DNA of 64,000 nt from an uncultured delta proteobacterium (lineage in GTDB: Bacteria > Desulfobacterota > Binatia > UBA9968). Below, in pieces: positions 57,773 to 64,000 of the stretch. Location: contig CAVTUQ010000007.1 of the NCBI GenBank assembly GCA_963737905.1, positions 96,001 through 160,000 of the forward strand, written 5' to 3'. Below the pieces are notes generated by a model that saw only the letters and a program-made list of their open reading frames with translations, was not told the DNA's origin and did no database searches. Positions within the stretch are counted from its first letter, which is position 1. The number at the start of each line of letters is the position of its first letter. Position numbers and translations under genes: made by a program.

Positions 57773-58224
57773 TGTCGGAACTCGACGAACTCTACCAAGA
57801 AGTCATCCTCGACCATAACCGAAGTCCGCGTAACTACCGGGTGATGGCGAATGCTAACCGTAAAGCACAGGGATACAACCCGCTTTGCGGTGATCATGTG
57901 GCGGTCTACCTCGACCTGGAAGAAGGAGTGATCAAAGACATTAGTTTTCAAGGGTCGGGCTGCGCCATTTCCAAGGCCTCCGCATCGATGATGACGGCGG
58001 AATTGAAAGGTAAAACCGAAGCCGAAGCCAAAGAGCTTTTTGAGAATGTGCATAAAATGCTAACAGGTGAATCCAATGAGCAGGGAGGTCCAACAGGCGT
58101 CGGCAAGCTTAAGATTCTCTCCGGGGTGTGCAAGTTTCCCGCGCGGGTCAAGTGCGCGAGTCTCGCCTGGCATACGGTCAGTTCGGCCCTAAAAGGCGGA
58201 GAGGAAATGGCATCCACTGAATAA
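57772..58224 (+). CDS. sufU: SUF system NifU-like protein
   Basis: LYQEVILDH, NPLCGD, GCAISKASAS, RVKCA.LAWH. Confidence 0.95.
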   Translation: MSELDELYQEVILDHNRSPRNYRVMANANRKAQGYNPLCGDHVAVYLDLEEGVIKDISFQGSGCAISKASASMMTAELKGKTEAEAKELFENVHKMLTGESNEQGGPTGVGKLKILSGVCKFPARVKCASLAWHTVSSALKGGEEMASTE

Positions 58225-58253
58225 TTCACGGATCCGATGAAAGAGGGGCCCAT

Positions 58254-58811
58254 ATGAACCGCGAAAAGTCGATTATCGTTAGGCGCGATTGCCCGGCCGT
58301 TATGATTCCCAGCGGCGAGCGGACTACGCTGATCCCGGGCAGCTCCGTTTGGGTGACTCAATCTCTTGGCGGCATCTATACAGTTATGACGGACCGCGGC
58401 TACATGGTACGCATCGATGGCATGGATGGCGATGCCATCGGCATGGCGCGAGTCCCAGAGAGCCCGCATGAGGCCGCCGGGGCGGCGGATAGCGATGAAG
58501 AGATAGAGCGGCGCGTTTGGGAGCAATTAAAATCCTGCTTCGATCCCGAGATTCCGGTGAATATCGTTGATCTGGGCTTGATTTATCATTGCGCCGTCAC
58601 GCCTCTCTCCGGAGGCGGATACAAAGCAGCCGTGCGCTTTACTCTAACGGCTCAAGGTTGTGGCATGGGCCAGTTTCTAAAGGCAGATATACAAAAAAAA
58701 CTGTTAGGCGTTTCAGGTGTGCAGGAGGTTGATGTCGAGATCGTTTGGGACCCCCCTTGGAACCAAAGCATGATCTCCGGGGCTGCGAAACAGCAATTGG
58801 GAATTTCATGA
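58254..58811 (+). CDS. sufT: Fe-S assembly protein SufT (DUF59 with N-terminal extension)
   Basis: IPSG...TQSLGG.YTV...RIDG.D.DAIG; DPEIPVNIVDLGL, TLTAQGCGMG. Confidence 0.9.
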   Translation: MNREKSIIVRRDCPAVMIPSGERTTLIPGSSVWVTQSLGGIYTVMTDRGYMVRIDGMDGDAIGMARVPESPHEAAGAADSDEEIERRVWEQLKSCFDPEIPVNIVDLGLIYHCAVTPLSGGGYKAAVRFTLTAQGCGMGQFLKADIQKKLLGVSGVQEVDVEIVWDPPWNQSMISGAAKQQLGIS

Positions 58812-58841
58812 AGAGAGACGGCATTTCAAAAGGATAAGATC

Positions 58842-59162
58842 ATGAGTTCAATTAATAACCTTGTCATGGAAGCGCAAGTCTTGGATGCACTGCGCACCTG
58901 CTATGATCCTGAAATACCCGTTAACATCTACGAATTAGGACTCGTGTACGAGGTGAATGCTGACGATGCGGGTATTGTATCTATTAAGATGACGCTCACG
59001 TCCCCGCACTGTCCCGCTGTGCAGTCCTTGCCTGCGGAAATCGAAAATAAGGTGAGAACGGTTTCGGGTGTGACCGACGTGAAACTCGACCTCGTGTGGG
59101 ATCCTCCATGGGATCCTAGCAAGATGTCCGAAGCCGCCAGACTTCAACTCGGAATGATATAG
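58842..59162 (+). CDS. DUF59 / MIP18 family Fe-S assembly protein
   Basis: YDPEIPVNIYELGL, MTLTSPHCP, WDPPW..KMSEAARL.LG. Confidence 0.93.
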   Translation: MSSINNLVMEAQVLDALRTCYDPEIPVNIYELGLVYEVNADDAGIVSIKMTLTSPHCPAVQSLPAEIENKVRTVSGVTDVKLDLVWDPPWDPSKMSEAARLQLGMI

Positions 59163-59223
59163 TCACTCTTTGGCGACGATCCTTTCTGAGACAAGGAGTT
59201 CTATAAACTACTGAATTTAACCT

Positions 59224-59634
59224 ATGGATCAGACTTCTTTCGAGCAACTCGGAGGCGAGCAACAACTGAGACTGATCATTAACACCTTCATTGACCGCGT
59301 CTTCGATGATCGGATGATTGGCTTTTTCTTTCGCAAGGCAGATCGTCAGCGCATCAAAGATATGGAGTATCAATTGGCGGCTCATTTCCTCGGGGCTCAG
59401 GTGGAATATCAGGGTCGCCCATTGGACCAAGTCCACTCAAAACATCCCATTATGGGCGGCCATTTCGCCCGGCGACGGCAGATCCTAAAGGAGACACTGG
59501 ATTTCTACCATGTGCCTGCCCCCATCATACAGGATTGGTTAGCACACACGGATGCATTGAGACCCCTGATTACTTCCCAAAAAGACTCGGAATGCGATCC
59601 AAAGGCTCTGGGACAAAAGGTCAAATCGGGCTAA
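59224..59634 (+). CDS. Truncated hemoglobin (group I-like)
   Basis: FEQLGG...F.DRV..D..IG.FF, Y.GR.L..VH. Confidence 0.88.
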   Translation: MDQTSFEQLGGEQQLRLIINTFIDRVFDDRMIGFFFRKADRQRIKDMEYQLAAHFLGAQVEYQGRPLDQVHSKHPIMGGHFARRRQILKETLDFYHVPAPIIQDWLAHTDALRPLITSQKDSECDPKALGQKVKSG

Positions 59635-59740
59635 CGGTTTGTGAAGCCCCCTCTGAGGCTTCTATGACTGTTTGTGACCTAGGATAAAATTGTGTTATTA
59701 ATTAGTATCCACCGAAGGTTGTCATCAAGGATTCGCCTGC

Positions 59741-60604
59741 GTGAAATTAGCCGACCTGTATGCCCGGCCCGAGTTGACCCTATCGGTTGAATTCTTTCCT
59801 CCAAAGACGGACAAAGGCGAGGAAAACCTCTTTAGCGAAATCGAAATTATCAAGAGGCTGAATCCTGCCTTTTGCTCGGTCACGTACGGGGCGGGCGGAA
59901 GCACGCGCGAAAAAACCGTCGGGCTGGTCGATCGAATCCATCGCACATACGGCTTGGAGGTTATGTGCCATTTAACCGTTGTCGGCCAATCCAAAGACGA
60001 AGCCAGATCCGTACTCAGGACGCTAAAGGAAAAAGGTATCGAGAATATTATTGCGCTCGGCGGTGATCCGCCTCAGGGGACGATGGATTGGCAGCCGCAT
60101 CCGGACGGTTTTCAGCATGCGGCGGAACTTGTGCGCGAGGCGGTCGCGATCGGCGGGTTCTCCATTGCGGTGGCGGGCTTTCCTGAGGTTCACCCAAGGG
60201 CTGAGAGCCGGGCCTCCGATCATAGATATCTAAAGGAGAAAGTCGATGCAGGCGCGGCGGCGATTATTACGCAGCTCTTTTTCGACAACGACGAGTACTA
60301 TCGCTATGTGGAGGATGTGAGAAAACTGGGAATCCGCGTGCCGATCGTGCCGGGAGTTTTGCCGGTTCTTTCCGCGTCACAGATTCGCCGTTTCACGTCC
60401 CTCTGTTGCGCCAAGATCCCGGCAGAGTTGGAACGTGAGTTGGTCAAGGTCGAGAAGGATGACGAGGCCGCCGTGCAATTAGGGATCGACTATGCAACCC
60501 GTCAGTGTGAAGGATTGATCAAATTCGGCGTTCCCGGCCTGCACTTCTATTCTCTCAACAAATCGTATTCTATCCAGGCCCTTTGCAAAAACCTCAATTT
60601 ATAG
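59741..60604 (+). CDS. metF: 5,10-methylenetetrahydrofolate reductase
   Basis: SVEFFPPK, SVTYGAGGS, HLT, LGGDPP, AGFPE.HP, ITQLFFD, HFYSLN. Confidence 0.96.
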   Translation: MKLADLYARPELTLSVEFFPPKTDKGEENLFSEIEIIKRLNPAFCSVTYGAGGSTREKTVGLVDRIHRTYGLEVMCHLTVVGQSKDEARSVLRTLKEKGIENIIALGGDPPQGTMDWQPHPDGFQHAAELVREAVAIGGFSIAVAGFPEVHPRAESRASDHRYLKEKVDAGAAAIITQLFFDNDEYYRYVEDVRKLGIRVPIVPGVLPVLSASQIRRFTSLCCAKIPAELERELVKVEKDDEAAVQLGIDYATRQCEGLIKFGVPGLHFYSLNKSYSIQALCKNLNL

Positions 60605-60645
60605 GTTTCCGCTTCGGGGACCTATCGCGTCAATCACCAGCAACG

Positions 60646-62151
60646 ATGTCAAAGTCAGAAAAAAATCATCCGGAATCCTCTCTCGAGCAAGTCGAAGTGC
60701 GTCGACAAAAGCTCGCCAAGCTCAAAGAGACTGGCGGCTCTCTTTATCCCAACGATTTTCGGCCGAGCCATACGACCCGGGATATTCTCGCCGACTACGG
60801 AAGTTTGACCGACCAAGAGTTAGGCGACTTGTCGGTCGAGCCCCATGCAGCGGGCCGGATCATGGGAATCCGGAAAATGGGGAAAGCCGCATTTTTTCAT
60901 ATCCAGGATCGGCATGGACGGATCCAGATTTACGCACGAAAAGACCGGCTCGGAGATGAGGTTTATGCCCTGTTTCAGTCCCTAGATATAGGTGACATTG
61001 TCGGCGTTTGGGGTCATCTGTTCCGCACCAAGACGAAAGAATTGACGATCGAGGCCGTTGGATTGCGCCTGTTGACCAAGTGTCTGCGACCCCTGCCTGA
61101 AAAGTGGCACGGTCTTGCGGATGTCGAGGCGCGTTATCGCCAACGGTACGTCGATTTGATGGTAAATCCCGAAGTCAGAGATCTGTTCGAAAAACGTTCG
61201 CGCATCGTTCGTCTCGTTCGGCGCTTTTTCGAGGAGCGGGATTTTTTGGAGGTGGAGACGCCGATGATGCAGGCGATTCCCGGGGGGGCCGCGGCGCGAC
61301 CTTTCATTACGCACCACAACGCCCTGAACATGGATCTGTATCTTCGCGTGGCGCCGGAGCTTTTTTTGAAGCGCCTTCTGGTGGGCGGGTTCGAAAGAGT
61401 CTTTGAGCTGAATCGAAACTTTCGCAACGAAGGGGTCTCGGTGCGCCACAACCCGGAATTCACCATGTTGGAGTTCTATCAGGCCTATGCCACTTACGAC
61501 GATTTGATGCGTCTCACAGAAGAGCTTTTTATCGGCCTTGCCGAAGAAGTTGCGGGCACGCTGCAAGTGCCCTATGCGGATCACGTTATCGATCTCAAAG
61601 CGCCCTGGCAAAGGCTTACCCTCAAGGAGGCGGTGGTGAAACATGGCGGGGCCGACGAGCAAGAGATTGGAACACTTGAGGGGTTGCAGCGCTTGGCCAA
61701 GCGGGACGCCTTGCACGTCGACCTCAACGCCCCTTATGGCAATCTCCTGGTCGAGGTTTTCGAACAGGTTGCCGAGTCCCGATTAATCCAGCCGACGTTC
61801 ATCACCGGGTACCCGTTAGAGGTTTCACCGCTGGCAAGGAAGAGCGATGCGAATCCGGCCCTGGTGGACCGTTTCGAGCTCTACATCGGAGGTCGAGAGT
61901 TGGCCAATGCTTTCTCAGAGCTGAACGATCCGGCAGATCAACGTCAGCGGTTCCTCCAGCAAGTGGAGGCGAGAAAGGCCGGTGATGACACCGCCAACCC
62001 CATCGATGACGATTACGTCCGGGCTCTGGAGTATGGTATGCCTCCTGCGGCCGGCGAAGGGATCGGTATGGATCGGCTCATCATGTTTCTTACGGACTCG
62101 CCGTCTATTAGAGACGTCATTCTTTTTCCGCTGCTCCGGTCTCAACGCTGA
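60646..62151 (+). CDS. lysS: Lysine--tRNA ligase (class II)
   Basis: PLPEKWHGL, RYRQRYVDL, GGAAARPF.THHN, FRNEG, YGMPPAAG.GIG.DRL. Confidence 0.97.
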   Translation: MSKSEKNHPESSLEQVEVRRQKLAKLKETGGSLYPNDFRPSHTTRDILADYGSLTDQELGDLSVEPHAAGRIMGIRKMGKAAFFHIQDRHGRIQIYARKDRLGDEVYALFQSLDIGDIVGVWGHLFRTKTKELTIEAVGLRLLTKCLRPLPEKWHGLADVEARYRQRYVDLMVNPEVRDLFEKRSRIVRLVRRFFEERDFLEVETPMMQAIPGGAAARPFITHHNALNMDLYLRVAPELFLKRLLVGGFERVFELNRNFRNEGVSVRHNPEFTMLEFYQAYATYDDLMRLTEELFIGLAEEVAGTLQVPYADHVIDLKAPWQRLTLKEAVVKHGGADEQEIGTLEGLQRLAKRDALHVDLNAPYGNLLVEVFEQVAESRLIQPTFITGYPLEVSPLARKSDANPALVDRFELYIGGRELANAFSELNDPADQRQRFLQQVEARKAGDDTANPIDDDYVRALEYGMPPAAGEGIGMDRLIMFLTDSPSIRDVILFPLLRSQR

Positions 62152-62171
62152 AACTGCGGCGACACCCCTTT

Positions 62172-63422
62172 ATGCGATATGAACTTTTCATCGGCCTTAG
62201 ATATTTGCGCGCCCGCCGGCGCGAAACCTTTATCTCCCTAATTACCGTCATTTCAGTGCTGGGTGTCATGATTGGTGTCATGACTTTGAACGTCGTCATG
62301 GCGGTGATGACGGGTTTTGAAGAAACGTTGCGGGACCGGTTGCTTGGAATCAATGCACACGTGGCGCTGGTTAAATCCGGTGACCAGCTCAGGGACTACG
62401 AGAAACTTCTTGCGGAGGTGCAAAAAACAAAAGGGGTGGTTGCAGCTTCGCCGTCCATTTATGGACAGGTCATGCTGACTTCCGGACCCCGAGTCTCCGG
62501 GGTCGTTGTCCGTGGCGTTGATCCCGACAAAGTCAATCGAGTCGTGGATATCGAACGTTACATTAAACAGGGCAGCCTGCAAAACCTCAAGGAGCAACAA
62601 CCGCTTCAGGTCCAGGGTCGCACAATTCTGTTGCCGGGGGTTATCATAGGAACCCGGTTGGCCAATCAACTGGGTGTCTTTCTTGGGAGTCCCATCCAGG
62701 TGGTCTCTCCCCTCGGTAGTCCAACCGCCATCGGTGTCATCCCGAAAGTTCGCCGCTTTGTTGTTGTTGGGATTTTTGATTCCGGGATGAGCGAGATTGA
62801 CTCCACCTTGGTTTACATGAATTTGCAGGACGCGCAGAAGTTCTTTGAGCTTGGAGATGCGGTCACCAATATCGAAATTCGGGTGCAAGATGTCTACCGT
62901 GCTCAGAGCGTGGCCCAGGAGATTCAACGGCGATTGGGATTTCCCTACCTGACGGAAGACTGGTCCCGTCTTTGGCCCAACCTGTTTTCTGCTCTGAGAC
63001 TTGAGAAAACGGTTTATTTTTTGGTCTTGCTCCTGATGGTGCTGATCGGCGCATTTAATATTGTATCCACCTTGATCATGGTTGTGATGGAGAAGCGGAA
63101 GGACATTGCAATTCTTCAGTCGATGGGTGCGACTCGAGAGAGTATTCGAAGGATATTCCTCATCAAGGGCTGCGTCATCGGTGTGGTGGGAACCCTGCTC
63201 GGTGTACTTTTGGGACTGGCCATTTGCATATTGATTCAAAAATATAGCTTCATTGAGCTTCCCAAAGATGTCTTTCTCATTTCCACGGTCCCGGTGAGAA
63301 TTTACTTGAGCAATTTCCTGCTCGTGGGTTTGGCTTCGCTTCTTGTATGCCTGGTCGCCAGTATCTATCCGGCACGGCAGGCAGCAAAGCTGGATCCGGT
63401 TGAAATCATCCGGTATGAGTAA
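62172..63422 (+). CDS. lolE: Lipoprotein-releasing ABC permease LolC/E family
   Basis: FIGLRYLRA, V.AVMTGF, AFNIVSTL.M.V.EK..DIAIL, YPARQAA.LDP. Confidence 0.9.
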   Translation: MRYELFIGLRYLRARRRETFISLITVISVLGVMIGVMTLNVVMAVMTGFEETLRDRLLGINAHVALVKSGDQLRDYEKLLAEVQKTKGVVAASPSIYGQVMLTSGPRVSGVVVRGVDPDKVNRVVDIERYIKQGSLQNLKEQQPLQVQGRTILLPGVIIGTRLANQLGVFLGSPIQVVSPLGSPTAIGVIPKVRRFVVVGIFDSGMSEIDSTLVYMNLQDAQKFFELGDAVTNIEIRVQDVYRAQSVAQEIQRRLGFPYLTEDWSRLWPNLFSALRLEKTVYFLVLLLMVLIGAFNIVSTLIMVVMEKRKDIAILQSMGATRESIRRIFLIKGCVIGVVGTLLGVLLGLAICILIQKYSFIELPKDVFLISTVPVRIYLSNFLLVGLASLLVCLVASIYPARQAAKLDPVEIIRYE

Positions 63423-64000
63423 TCTCCTGACAGTAAGAGATCTTCACAAATCGTTTGTCGAGGGCGGCGAAGTGATAGAGGTTTTGCGAGGGTTAGACCT
63501 TGAATTAAAACCGGGCGAACGGCTCGCGGTGATTGGGGAGTCGGGAGTGGGGAAGAGTACATTGTTGCATGTTCTCGGGACCCTCGATCGGCCGACTGCG
63601 GGCCACATTCTATATCACGGCAAAGAAATTCCGCTGAATGACGAAGCCGCCTTATCCCATTTTCGGAATCGGGAACTCGGTTTTGTTTTTCAGTTTCATT
63701 ATCTGTTGCCGGATTTTACGGCATTGGAAAATGTTATGTTTCCGGCGCTGATTCAGGGAATCGAAACGCAACGTGCCAAGCGCGAGGCGGAACAATTGCT
63801 GGAAGCGGTTGGCCTGAAAGATCGCATAAATCATCGGCCGGGAAAATTATCGGGTGGGGAGCAGCAGCGGGTGGCGGTAGCGCGCTCGGTGATTTTACAA
63901 CCCAAGCTCATTTTAGCGGATGAGCCTACGGGTTCATTGGATCTAAGAATCGGCGAGGAAGTCCAGGATCTACTCTTTCGATTGAATGAGGAGAAAGGCA
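63415..64000 (+). CDS. lolD: Lipoprotein-releasing ABC ATP-binding protein (partial, runs off window)
   Basis: Manual translation MSNLL...GESGVGKSTLLH.LG.LD, GFVFQFHYLLPDF, LSGGEQQRVAVAR, ADEPTG. Confidence 0.92.
   Translation, partial: MSNLLTVRDLHKSFVEGGEVIEVLRGLDLELKPGERLAVIGESGVGKSTLLHVLGTLDRPTAGHILYHGKEIPLNDEAALSHFRNRELGFVFQFHYLLPDFTALENVMFPALIQGIETQRAKREAEQLLEAVGLKDRINHRPGKLSGGEQQRVAVARSVILQPKLILADEPTGSLDLRIGEEVQDLLFRLNEEKG

Overview
Bacterial chromosomal window, moderately GC-rich. Its gene content (many luciferase-like oxidoreductases, orphan NMT1/THI5-type and TctC-type solute-binding proteins, rpoZ-rpoH, cofH, lysS-lolE-lolD) suggests a Deltaproteobacteria-like soil lineage such as Candidatus Binatia; this is inference only. 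About 1-46.9 kb is mostly accessory metabolism: a ComDE-like TPP decarboxylase/LLM/RidA operon, coxG-M-S without a large subunit, a UbiD decarboxylase, a NEW3-domain ABC exporter, a HEAT/hydrolase pair, a probable heteroaromatic catabolic cluster, a tupABC tungstate transporter, gene remnants and several microproteins absent from the ORF track. 47.3-64 kb is housekeeping: hisS, aspS, cofH, def, an Rrf2-sufC-D-S-U-T-DUF59 operon lacking sufB, truncated globin, metF, lysS, lolE/D. The most novel signal is non-coding. Two intergenic long-hairpin elements (16844-17060 on +, 29660-29911 on -) share a core motif with three compensatory base-pair changes, and one is bounded by perfect 16-bp CTAG-ended inverted repeats. 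Frameshifts in essential hisS show that many broken ORFs are probably consensus errors. No rRNA, tRNA, CRISPR array or transposase was seen.
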